Shown: positions 44,602 to 54,165, numbered from the stretch's first letter. The stretch: 56,764 nt of DNA from an uncultured Ruminococcus sp. (GCA_902796475.1 CADBPE010000013.1:1-56764), one strand, 5' to 3'. Notes: generated by a model from the sequence alone, not told the origin. Made by a program: numbers and translations.

Positions 44602-46305
44602 ATGCTTAAAGGTATCGGAGTATCAAGCGGAATAGGTATCGGCAAGGTACTGCTGATAGAGGAACATTCCCTGACATATACCCCAAAGCAGATCACGGAT
44701 ACACAGGCGGAAAAGAAACGCTTTAATGATGCGGTAGAGCTTTTCTGTGAGAATACCGAAAAACAGGCAGAGGCTCTCAAGGTAAGCGCCGGAGCAAAGG
44801 AAGCGGAGATCATGCTGGGTCACATCAGCATTGTAAAGGATCCGTTCCTTATCGGAGAGGTGGATAAGCTTATTGACGGCGGTCAGTGCGCAGAGGCTTC
44901 ATTTGAAACTATGTGCGATATGTTCATTCAGATATTCTCTGCTGCGGACGATGATGTTACCAAGCAGAGAGCCGCTGACGTGCGTGACGTAAAGTCCGGT
45001 GTGCTGAGCATTCTGCTGGGCATATCCGAGGTCAGGCTTTCGGATGCGCCGCCTGAAACAGTGCTTTGCGCTAAAGAACTGACTCCTTCGATGATCGCGG
45101 AGATCAAAAAGGAGAATATCGTTGGCATTATCACCGAAACGGGCAGCACCACCTCACACAGCGCTATCCTTGCCCGTGTTCTGGAGATACCCGCAGTAAT
45201 GAGTGCAGCCGATATTATGACCGCTGCAAAAAACGGCGACACTGTAATAATTGACGGCGGCAAGGGCGATGTCATTCTTTCACCCGATGAGGCTCAGCTT
45301 GCGGACTACACCCAAAGGCGTGAAAAACTTCTTCAGGAGCGCCGTGAGCTTGAAAAGTTCAGGGAAAAGCCCACAGCCTCGGCGGACGGCACTGTTTATG
45401 AGCTGGTATGCAATATAGGCAAGCCGGAGGATGCGGCAAAGGCTCTTGAATTTGACGGCGAAGGCGTAGGTCTGTTCAGAACAGAGTTCCTGTTTATGGA
45501 TAAGACTTCGGTTCCCACGGAAGAGGAACAGTTTACCGAGTACAAGAAAGCGGCAGTCATGCTGAAGGGCAAGCCGCTCATTATAAGGACGCTTGATATA
45601 GGCGGCGACAAGGATATCCCATACCTTGGTCTTGCCAAGGAGGAGAACCCGTTCATGGGCTTCCGCGCCATCAGATATTGTCTGAAAAACCGCGAGCTTT
45701 TCAAGACACAGCTTCGTGCTATCCTGAGAGCCAGCGCATTCGGCAATGTTAGCATCATGTTCCCGCTGATAACCTGCGTTGACGAGGTAAGAGAGGGCAA
45801 GGCTCTCGTTGAGGAACTAAAGGCTCAGCTCAGAAGTGAGGGCGTTGATTTTGATGAAAATATCAAAGTCGGCATAATGACAGAAACAGCTGCTTCGGGA
45901 ATAATTGCCGATCTGCTTGCTGCCGAGTCGGACTTTTTCAGCATCGGCACGAACGATCTTACCGGCTACACTATGGCAGCCGACCGAGGAAACAGCGATG
46001 TTTCATATCTGTATTCAGCGCTCCAGCCGTCTGTGCTCAGAATGATAAAGTCGATCATTGAAGCCGGCAGGAGCAGAGGGATACCGGTAGGCATGTGCGG
46101 AGAAGCCGCTGCCGATCCGATGATGATACCTCTGCTGATATCCTTCGGACTTACGGAATTCAGCGTATCGGCGCCGAGTGTTCTGCGTGTGAGAAAGTGC
46201 ATTTCTACATGGACAAAGGAAAAGGCAGACGAAGCAGCCGCCAAAGCAATGTCGTTTGCAACGCAGAAAGAGGTTTATGATTATCTTGCATCTCTGACCG
46301 GATAA
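44602..46305 (+). CDS. ptsI: PEP-protein phosphotransferase (PTS Enzyme I)
   Basis: AGGAGGTG SD then ATG 44602. Active-site His context GSTTSHSAILAR and a C-terminal PEP-utilising domain. Confidence 0.92.
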   Translation: MLKGIGVSSGIGIGKVLLIEEHSLTYTPKQITDTQAEKKRFNDAVELFCENTEKQAEALKVSAGAKEAEIMLGHISIVKDPFLIGEVDKLIDGGQCAEASFETMCDMFIQIFSAADDDVTKQRAADVRDVKSGVLSILLGISEVRLSDAPPETVLCAKELTPSMIAEIKKENIVGIITETGSTTSHSAILARVLEIPAVMSAADIMTAAKNGDTVIIDGGKGDVILSPDEAQLADYTQRREKLLQERRELEKFREKPTASADGTVYELVCNIGKPEDAAKALEFDGEGVGLFRTEFLFMDKTSVPTEEEQFTEYKKAAVMLKGKPLIIRTLDIGGDKDIPYLGLAKEENPFMGFRAIRYCLKNRELFKTQLRAILRASAFGNVSIMFPLITCVDEVREGKALVEELKAQLRSEGVDFDENIKVGIMTETAASGIIADLLAAESDFFSIGTNDLTGYTMAADRGNSDVSYLYSALQPSVLRMIKSIIEAGRSRGIPVGMCGEAAADPMMIPLLISFGLTEFSVSAPSVLRVRKCISTWTKEKADEAAAKAMSFATQKEVYDYLASLTG

Positions 46306-46340
46306 GATAGTTATAGTCGGCTTTTATATAATAATACAGC

Positions 46341-46384
46341 AAAAAAATACCGGCAGTTCACAATGGACTGCCGGTATTTTGTTG
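46341..46384. terminator. Bidirectional terminator
   Basis: 11-bp stem ATACCGGCAGT/ACTGCCGGTAT flanked by A7 and TTTTGTTG. Confidence 0.8.
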
Positions 46385-46589
46385 TGACTGCAAGTTATAC
46401 TATTATCATATTAATTGATAGATAAAAAACACGGTTTTCGGGGGTGTCGGGGGGACTTTTTTCTAAAAGTCCCACTGACTCGCTGCCCGCAGGCAGCGAA
46501 ATCCTTATACTGCAAGCGCTCCGCAAGGCGTGACGGATGGAGTGATTTTGAAGAACGAACCATCTGTCAGCTTCACTGACATCCCCGGA

Positions 46590-47567
46590 TTATTCGCTGA
46601 AGTTTGCGTGATAGATACGGTTGTCAAGCCCCATTGCCCTTTTTTCGCTGATCTCTCCGGGCTTTATCTGAGGCATCTGGTCTTCAAAATTGTACATCCT
46701 TGCGTCAAGGCAGTCGATCAGGTGCAGCGCCATCGCTTCGGGTGTCGCAGGATTGACTACTGCGCCCCATTCCTGCTTTCCGTGATGCGAAAGTATCATG
46801 TGCCTGAGCATCTTTATCTTTTCGGGAGAGTAATTTTTGCCCTCGGCGTATTTCTCCACTATATTTGCTCCGATGAAAAGATGCCCGAAAAGAATGCCGT
46901 CGGAGGTGAAACACGAATCGCCGATCTCAGAAGTTTCGTACTCCGTCATTTTGCCGATGTCGTGCAGAACAGCACCGCAGACCATCAGCTCACGGTCAAG
47001 TATCGGATAAACACTGCACAATGCGTCAGCCGCCTTCGCCATCCGGTAGGAATGATAGATCAGTCCGCCAAGTATGTTGTGATGCATGGTTATCGCAGCG
47101 GATGACTTCATGTAGCTTTCCTTATGATCGTTTATTATTTCAAGAGCCAGCTCGGAAACAGGCGTGTGACCGTCGCCGCTGTTCTCGCAAAAAGCCTTGA
47201 GCATGCTGCATATCTCATTATACATGAGCTTGATGTCAACGGGCGGGACCTTCACAAAATCTCCCATAGTAACGGCAGGATTGCGGCATATTGAAATGTT
47301 GTTTACGATAAAGCTTTTTGAGCCCTGGTACTCGTTTACACTGAGATCGACATCAGCGATGCAGTGCTGTATGATCCCTTTGTTGGCGGTAAGGGCTGCT
47401 TCGGTGGTGTCGAACATCATGGCTACCTGCTCAGTAACGCCGTCCTTCATGCCGATCTTCAGAAAAGGCTTTCCTGTGCGTGATACCGACTCGGTAATGC
47501 TTGTGATAAGAACCGGACGTCTGAGAGCGCCGCCGATCCTTGCGTCTGAAAATAAAGTGAATTTCAT
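46590..47567 (-). CDS. yhaM: 3'-5' exoribonuclease YhaM-like (OB fold plus HD domain)
   Basis: ATG 47567 follows GAGG. N-terminal OB-fold region and an HD domain (LHDIGK, LSHHG). Confidence 0.8.
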   Translation of the reverse strand: MKFTLFSDARIGGALRRPVLITSITESVSRTGKPFLKIGMKDGVTEQVAMMFDTTEAALTANKGIIQHCIADVDLSVNEYQGSKSFIVNNISICRNPAVTMGDFVKVPPVDIKLMYNEICSMLKAFCENSGDGHTPVSELALEIINDHKESYMKSSAAITMHHNILGGLIYHSYRMAKAADALCSVYPILDRELMVCGAVLHDIGKMTEYETSEIGDSCFTSDGILFGHLFIGANIVEKYAEGKNYSPEKIKMLRHMILSHHGKQEWGAVVNPATPEAMALHLIDCLDARMYNFEDQMPQIKPGEISEKRAMGLDNRIYHANFSE

Positions 47568-47603
47568 AGATTGACCTCGTTTCAAAATCATTTTTCTTTT
47601 ACT

Positions 47604-47632
47604 ATAATACACTTTTCTGATGCTAAAATCAA
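47604..47632 (-). promoter_or_regulatory. Promoter of yhaM (TTGATT-N17-TATTAT)
   Basis: Minus strand: -35 at 47632-47627 and -10 at 47609-47604. Confidence 0.55.
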
Positions 47633-47754
47633 TCCTGTTTTTTTATCCGTATGTCCTTGTTGTTGTACTGAATATCCTGAATTTTTGATGAAAGCGTCAT
47701 TTAATGTCGGTGGACTTATATAACATTTTATTTTAATGTCTTATAAGAAAAATG

Positions 47755-47783
47755 TTGATTATGACCAAAATATGTGATATTAT
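47755..47783 (+). promoter_or_regulatory. Promoter of the M13 peptidase-ABC operon (TTGATT-N17-TATTAT)
   Basis: -35 at 47755-47760 and -10 at 47778-47783. Confidence 0.55.
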
Positions 47784-47839
47784 GATACTATTAATGAATT
47801 GGCATTTCTTCTCAGTTCGAAAAAGAAAGGATGTAGCTT

Positions 47840-49813
47840 ATGCGGAAAAAACTGCTGCCGATAATTCTGTCGCTGGCGGCGGCACTTTCACTGGCTGCCT
47901 GCAGCGAGGCTCCCGTGATGCCCGAACCACAGACTTCAAAAGCTGTACCTCAAAAACCGGAGATCGGCGAAAACTTTTACGGCAACATTAACTACGACTA
48001 TCTTTCCACAGGGCAGATACCATACGGCAAAACAGACTACGGCTTCATGCAAAATGTGAACGATAAGTTAGCGGATTATCTGGATGATCTTATCGACCGC
48101 TGTGTGAAAAGCGATCCTGCTGGCGGCTCCATTGAGGAAGCGGTGAAGGAACTTTATAATCAGTATATGGATGTGGACGCCAGAAACGAAAGCGATACAG
48201 AACTGCTTATGCAGTTGGTGTTCATGATAGAGCAATGCGGCACTATTGATGATCTTGTGGGCGCAATGGGCTTCATCTTTCAGAACTTCGGCGTAAGATC
48301 CCTGTTCAGTCCGAAGGTGAATCCTGATCCGTACAACACATCTGAAAATATCTTATTCTTTATGAGCTATAACTCCTTTGGAAACATGAAGGAGAATTTT
48401 ACCAAAACGGATGCCGGTCCGGATGAGACAGGCAGAAACGTGGAAAAGGCTCTCTCAGCTTTGAATATATCTGTGGATGAATCAAAAGCAAGAGCCAGAA
48501 ATACCGTAAAGATGATGAATGAGATAATGCTCCAAAGCAGAGACGTCGAGGATCTATATGATTTTGACAGTCAGTTCAAAATATATGACAAGAAAAAGCT
48601 TGCGGCTCTTTTTTCAAACATCGACACGGATAAAATGCTCGCCGCTTTTGGTATAAAAACGGACAGGTTTGTGGTCTACGATGAAAACCAGGCAAAAAAG
48701 ATAAATGAGATGTTTACAGACGAACATCTCAGAGAAATAAAGGATTATCTTTATACCTGTATAATGTTTGAATATTCCCGCGCGCTGCCGCCGAAATTTT
48801 CAAACCCGGATCAGTCGGCAGGCAATATCGACAGTGACGCCGACGAAGACGCAAAAAGCTTTGTGGCCGATATTATTTATGATGAGTTGGGTGTGCTTGC
48901 CGGCAAAGAATTATACACTCCCAAAGCAAGGGAAATGAGCGAAAAAATGCTCAAGACCATACAAAGCTCCTGCCGTGAGCTGATAAGCAATTGCGCCCGA
49001 CTCTCTCAGGACAGCCGGAACAAGTTCCTGAAAAAGCTTGACAATATGTCGGTGCTGATGGGTTATGATAATAATTTCAAACTTCCGTATAAAATTAAGA
49101 CCTCCAAAAATGGAGCTGCTCTTTTGGAAAATGTCGTATCCATAAAACGCGGCAGGATACAGGAAAATCTTGGAAAGCTGAACAAGCCTGCCAACAGAGC
49201 CGAATGGGAGATGTCGGCAATAGAGCCGAACGCTACATATTATCCCATGTCGAACAAGATAGAGATACCGGCGGTAATGCTGAGCAGCTTATGCGTAGAC
49301 CCTGACGACAGCGAGTATTACAATCTTGGTATTGATGGCTATATTATCGGTCACGAGATAAACCACGCTTTTGATTCCAACGGCTTCGAATTTGATGAAT
49401 ACGGCAACTACAAGCCTGACTGGATAAATGAGACCGACACCCGGAAATATAAGGAGCTTATGGAGCGCGTCAAGGAATACTACAATAATTTTACGATCCT
49501 TGATGTGTACCATGTAAACGGCAAGCTTACCCTTTCGGAAAATATTGCGGATCTTGCATCTATTCAGTGCGTACTTCATTCTATAAAGAATAAAGAAGAT
49601 CGCCGGCAGTTCTTTAAAGGGATAGCAACTCAGTGGGCATCTCTAACGCTTATAACAGACCTTGTCATCACTCTCAGCGGCGATGTTCACAGCCCGGCGG
49701 AAGCCAGAGTGAATGCGGTCCTGTCCACTATGGATGAGTTCTATGAGACCTATGATATAAAGGAAGGCGACAAAATGTATGTTGCTTCCGAAAACAGGGT
49801 AAAGGTGTGGTGA
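47840..49813 (+). CDS. M13-family (neprilysin/PepO-like) zinc metallopeptidase, lipoprotein
   Basis: LSLAAC lipobox, HEINHAF (HExxH) and a later ENIAD motif. 657 aa. Confidence 0.85.
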   Translation: MRKKLLPIILSLAAALSLAACSEAPVMPEPQTSKAVPQKPEIGENFYGNINYDYLSTGQIPYGKTDYGFMQNVNDKLADYLDDLIDRCVKSDPAGGSIEEAVKELYNQYMDVDARNESDTELLMQLVFMIEQCGTIDDLVGAMGFIFQNFGVRSLFSPKVNPDPYNTSENILFFMSYNSFGNMKENFTKTDAGPDETGRNVEKALSALNISVDESKARARNTVKMMNEIMLQSRDVEDLYDFDSQFKIYDKKKLAALFSNIDTDKMLAAFGIKTDRFVVYDENQAKKINEMFTDEHLREIKDYLYTCIMFEYSRALPPKFSNPDQSAGNIDSDADEDAKSFVADIIYDELGVLAGKELYTPKAREMSEKMLKTIQSSCRELISNCARLSQDSRNKFLKKLDNMSVLMGYDNNFKLPYKIKTSKNGAALLENVVSIKRGRIQENLGKLNKPANRAEWEMSAIEPNATYYPMSNKIEIPAVMLSSLCVDPDDSEYYNLGIDGYIIGHEINHAFDSNGFEFDEYGNYKPDWINETDTRKYKELMERVKEYYNNFTILDVYHVNGKLTLSENIADLASIQCVLHSIKNKEDRRQFFKGIATQWASLTLITDLVITLSGDVHSPAEARVNAVLSTMDEFYETYDIKEGDKMYVASENRVKVW

Positions 49814-49817
49814 TAAA

Positions 49818-52295
49818 ATGATAAGAGCAAAGCTTGTACTGCGTAATGTTATCGGCAAACCGCTCAGAACATTGATTATCGTGATCTCTCTGGCGGCAGC
49901 GGCATTTGCGGCGCTTTTCTGTATTGCGGGCATCAATACGGCAAAAAACGACCTCAGGGATTTTTTCAGAGCCAACTACGGCGATGCCGATATGATAATA
50001 ATGGACAGCTACGGCAAAAGCGTAAAGGTCACTTCGGACGACCTGCCGCCCGGAAGTAAATACGTTGGCGTGACAATGGGTTCGATCAACGAAACTATTC
50101 AGAACAGCAGGTACATAAACTATGTCAATCAGCTGAATATAGCTCTGATGGGCATAGACACCAAGGCCGCTTTTGAAATGAAAATGCTTGAAACACCATG
50201 TCCTACAAGCGGCGGCGTGACAATTACCGGCTCTCTTGCCGCTCAGCTTGGAAAAAAGGAGGGCGACACGATTTCTCTTGTCGGTTCCAAGCAGAAAAAA
50301 TATCAGCTCAGGATATTGGGTGTCGTACCGGCTAAAAAAATTCTCAATCCAAGACCGAACTGCATAATAATGACTCCTGAGCTGTGCAATCAGATAGTCG
50401 GCAACAAGGAAGGCACTGTTTCTATGGGCTACGCTGATGTGCCCGACGATCAGGTCACCTTTGCAATGGATAGCATAGGTCAGAAATATCCGGGTCACAT
50501 ATCTATGGGTACAACATCTCTTGATTCGGACGATACAATGGACAGCATGCTAAATATTTACTACCTGATCTTTGCAGTGGTGTTCCTCATGGTGTGCTTT
50601 ATAGTCGTGTCAATGTCAAAGCATATAGTGAACGAGAGAATGTCCGTTATAGGAATGCTGAGGAGCGTAGGCGGAAGCATAGCCGGCACAGGAGCCTTGC
50701 TGCTTTGTGAAAGCGCATTTTACGGTCTGTGCGGCGGTGTGCTGGGTACTCTGCTGTATCTGCCGTTTAGAGGAAATTCCGCCCTTGCGCTTTTCTCGCC
50801 CGCAGGCACAGAGGATATCACACATTCCGATGGGATAAACCTTCTGACGATAATTCTTGTTATTCTTGGAGTTACCGTTATCCAGTGCGTTTTTTCGGCT
50901 GCCGCTATTGTTAAGGCTGCCAGAACTCCCGTAAGAGATATTATTTTCGGCAATAAAGAGACAGTATATCTTCCCTCGTCAGCGCTGACCGTTATAGGCG
51001 CAGTAATGCTTGCGGCAGGTATCGTGATCTATCTGGTGACCGAGGATTTCGTGTTTACTGTGGCAGCGGCATTCCTTACAATGATCGGCGCTGTGCTTGT
51101 TTTCCCGATGATCCTGCTCTGGATATCCAAGGGTCTGAGTATACTGTTCACAAAGTGTAATCTGCCTGTTGCAAAGCTTGCCGCAAAGGAAATATCCAGC
51201 ACCAAAAGCAGTGTGTCATCTGCGCAGCTTCTTCTTTCTGCGCTGTCGCTGACGATAGCGATGCTTGTACTGTCGGTATCGCTGCTCCATTTTCTGAATA
51301 ATCCTAACTTTAACTGCAGCCTTATGATATTTCCTGCCGAGCAGGACGGAAATATATACGACTATGTTATAGGCAGCATAGACGGCGTTGCTGATGTTGA
51401 AAAGATATATTGCAAGGATCTTAAATATGAGTCGCATGCTCTTGTCAACGGAGTCGAGCGTGAACTTTCGGTGCTTGCGCTGAATGACGGCGGATATAAA
51501 AGTTTCAGCGGCGTTATGGACTGCCCCGGATCACTCGCCGATGACGAGATAGCCCTTGATAAAGTGATAGCTTCAAAGATGGGCTTCAATGTCGGTGACA
51601 CTGTAACTCTCGGTCTGCGCATAGAAAGCTATCTGCCGGTCGAGCTTAAACTCAGGGTAAAATGCCTGATCGATGCGGGCTACTTCAACAGCTACGGCAA
51701 CACCGTAATGGTAAGTCTGAATACCTACAAAAAGGTCTACTTTGACCGCCCCGCTTATGTGCTGATAAAAACTGCTCCCGGCAAAGAATACGATGTATGG
51801 GACATGATGCTGTCCACGCTTTCCGACCAGCCAAGCTCCATTATGAGCATGGATGATTATTATGAGATGCAGCGCTCCTATATGAGCGGCATTATGAGTG
51901 TGGTCTATGCGGTCGTTGTACTGGGCATCGCGCTGTCGCTCATGGGCACGTTCAGCAATATGCTTATGGGCTTCGAGCATTCCCGCAGAAAGTACGCAGT
52001 CTATTATTCGTCATCCATGAGCAAGGGCAAGCTCAAGGCTCTTATTATATGGGAAACCGTCCTTACCTGCGGCATTTCCGCAGCTGCTTCCGCTTTTTTC
52101 GGATATTTCTTCCTTGGAATAACCGAAAAAGCGCTTTCGATGCTGGATATGAGCCTGCCGCTTTTCCATCCGATGCTGTATTCCGTTTTCTTCGGAGCGG
52201 CGGCGTTTGTACTGCTGTTAGTGGTGGCGTTAAAGCCTATAAGAATGCTCTCGAAGATGAATATTGCCGAAGAAATAAAAACCGGCGCAGATTGA
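49818..52295 (+). CDS. FtsX-family ABC permease (two FtsX modules)
   Basis: Starts 4 nt after the peptidase stop, with AAGGTG upstream. 825-aa polytopic protein. Confidence 0.85.
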   Translation: MIRAKLVLRNVIGKPLRTLIIVISLAAAAFAALFCIAGINTAKNDLRDFFRANYGDADMIIMDSYGKSVKVTSDDLPPGSKYVGVTMGSINETIQNSRYINYVNQLNIALMGIDTKAAFEMKMLETPCPTSGGVTITGSLAAQLGKKEGDTISLVGSKQKKYQLRILGVVPAKKILNPRPNCIIMTPELCNQIVGNKEGTVSMGYADVPDDQVTFAMDSIGQKYPGHISMGTTSLDSDDTMDSMLNIYYLIFAVVFLMVCFIVVSMSKHIVNERMSVIGMLRSVGGSIAGTGALLLCESAFYGLCGGVLGTLLYLPFRGNSALALFSPAGTEDITHSDGINLLTIILVILGVTVIQCVFSAAAIVKAARTPVRDIIFGNKETVYLPSSALTVIGAVMLAAGIVIYLVTEDFVFTVAAAFLTMIGAVLVFPMILLWISKGLSILFTKCNLPVAKLAAKEISSTKSSVSSAQLLLSALSLTIAMLVLSVSLLHFLNNPNFNCSLMIFPAEQDGNIYDYVIGSIDGVADVEKIYCKDLKYESHALVNGVERELSVLALNDGGYKSFSGVMDCPGSLADDEIALDKVIASKMGFNVGDTVTLGLRIESYLPVELKLRVKCLIDAGYFNSYGNTVMVSLNTYKKVYFDRPAYVLIKTAPGKEYDVWDMMLSTLSDQPSSIMSMDDYYEMQRSYMSGIMSVVYAVVVLGIALSLMGTFSNMLMGFEHSRRKYAVYYSSSMSKGKLKALIIWETVLTCGISAAASAFFGYFFLGITEKALSMLDMSLPLFHPMLYSVFFGAAAFVLLLVVALKPIRMLSKMNIAEEIKTGAD

Positions 52296-52310
52296 TTAGG
52301 AGGAAACGAT

Positions 52311-53252
52311 ATGAATAACAGAGATCACGGTCAGGGTCAGAACATGAACAACTACCGACAGCCGCCTTATGAGGATCGGAGCGGCTATCAGGCGCAGCAA
52401 TTCTTTGAGGACGATAATAATTATTCCTACGAACAGAATGACCTGAGCGCCCAGTTCGCTTATAAGGATCCGGAGGATTATCAGCAGCAGTATTATGATA
52501 ACGTGCAGACCGGAAACGCATTTAGCGCAGAGCATACACAAAACAACGCACAGCAGCGCGCACCCCGAAAGCCGATAGGGAAGCTTGTAATAAGCGCAAG
52601 AAATGTCCATAAGACCTTTGGCAAGGGTGATACCGCTCAGGTCGTGCTGGACGGCGCAGATCTTGATATTGAAAGAGGAAGCTTTGTTTCGCTTATGGGC
52701 GAATCCGGAACGGGCAAGTCAACGCTTCTGTATCTTATAGGCGGTCTTGACAGAGATTTCAGGGGTGATATTTATGTTGCCGGCAGGAATATTTCAAGCC
52801 TTAAAGACAGCGAGCTTTCGGAGATACGCTGCAGGAAGATGGGCTTTGTATTCCAGTTCTACAATTTAGCGGCAAATCTGACTGTTGAGGACAACATTCT
52901 TCTCCCGCTTGAGATGAGCGGCAGGAGGATATCGGAATACCGTGAGAAGTACAAGGAAATACTGGAGATAACCGGACTGGAGAGCAAGGTAAAGTCATAC
53001 CCGTCGATGCTTTCGGGCGGACAGCAGCAGAGGGTGGCGATAGCCAGAGCGGTGCTTGGCGAGCCGGAGATCATTCTTGCGGACGAGCCTACCGGAAATC
53101 TTGACGCAGCATCGGGCGCCGAGATAATGGAGCTTTTCTCCAGACTCAATAAGGAACGAGGCGTGACCATATTACAGGTAACGCATTCAGCCGAAGCGGC
53201 GTCATACAGCAGCAGGATAGTCACACTGAAAAACAGAGTAATAATAGGATAA
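52311..53252 (+). CDS. ABC ATPase (MacB/LolD-type) with an ~85-aa Q/N/Y/D/E-rich N-terminal extension
   Basis: AGGAGG SD lies 6 nt before ATG 52311. GESGTGKST, LSGGQQQRVAIARAV and ILADEPTGNLD motifs. No alternative start exists near the canonical ATPase N-terminus. Confidence 0.85.
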   Translation: MNNRDHGQGQNMNNYRQPPYEDRSGYQAQQFFEDDNNYSYEQNDLSAQFAYKDPEDYQQQYYDNVQTGNAFSAEHTQNNAQQRAPRKPIGKLVISARNVHKTFGKGDTAQVVLDGADLDIERGSFVSLMGESGTGKSTLLYLIGGLDRDFRGDIYVAGRNISSLKDSELSEIRCRKMGFVFQFYNLAANLTVEDNILLPLEMSGRRISEYREKYKEILEITGLESKVKSYPSMLSGGQQQRVAIARAVLGEPEIILADEPTGNLDAASGAEIMELFSRLNKERGVTILQVTHSAEAASYSSRIVTLKNRVIIG

Positions 53253-53297
53253 TATTTTAGGATTTCGATAAACTGTAAAAGATCAAAACACGCAGGT

Positions 53298-53363
53298 GCA
53301 GGGGCTCGAGCCCCTGCCAGGGTCCAGGGGCAGCGCCCCTGGCGGGGTCTGGGGCAGCGCCCC
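53298..53363. repeat. Three tandem GC-rich mini-hairpins
   Basis: GCAGGGGCTCGAGCCCCTGC, CCAGGGGCAGCGCCCCTGG and GGGGCAGCGCCCC in a row, with no T-tract. Confidence 0.75.
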
Positions 53364-53631
53364 GGCAAGACTTGGCAATATCTATAATTTATCTCGTGAA
53401 ATTATATGGAATATGCTGATTGAAATGAACGCATAAAATTGATATAGTTAAATTGTATAATAATGCGTGTGGATGTTGATGTATCAGATTTAACATTCAC
53501 AGCTTTAAATACTGTATGTTCGTAAAAATGGACATGACTGTTAAATTGCTGCGTAGGATCGGGCGTACCGGTCTTATCGGGCTGTTCCGTATGGGACGGC
53601 GATACAGAACAAATTCACGGGAGGTATTATT

Positions 53632-54165
53632 ATGGCAATAGGCATTACGGTTACAAAGGGAGCAAAGGACGATGTCGTCAGCAAGTTTTTCGGAGCGCCT
53701 GCGGTTCCGTCAGAGTGGGAAAACGATTTCGGTGAGGAAATAATATTCTTCTGCCAGATCAAGCTTTCGGAGATAGCTAAGCTTGACACGGAGAAGCGCC
53801 TTCCTCATACGGGCTGGCTGTACGTTTTCCTCGATACTTCCGAGTATCCCTACAAGCCGATAGTTAGAATAAGCAAAACAAAGCCCGACATGGTAATTGA
53901 CGACTTCAACATGATCTTTGAGCAGTTTGAGCCGCTGAATGAGCCATGGTCGATCAAATTTTCCGAAGCAGCCGATAAGGGCGAGGGAATAAAGCTCTTT
54001 GGCGAGCCGAATGTTTGGAACAGCGAGGAATCCCCTGCAAAGCTCTTCATGCAGTTTGACCCGCAGGCGTCAGATATGCCTTTCCTCAAGGACGCCGGAG
54101 GTCTTGCTTATCTTTTCTATAACGAGGATATTACAGAACAGACAATGTTCATTCAGAATTCATAA
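53632..54165 (+). CDS. DUF1963 (YwqG-like) family protein
   Basis: SKFFGAPAVPSEWE...IFFCQIKLSEI...GWLYVFLD resembles the YwqG/DUF1963 pattern. GGGAGG SD. Confidence 0.6.
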   Translation: MAIGITVTKGAKDDVVSKFFGAPAVPSEWENDFGEEIIFFCQIKLSEIAKLDTEKRLPHTGWLYVFLDTSEYPYKPIVRISKTKPDMVIDDFNMIFEQFEPLNEPWSIKFSEAADKGEGIKLFGEPNVWNSEESPAKLFMQFDPQASDMPFLKDAGGLAYLFYNEDITEQTMFIQNS

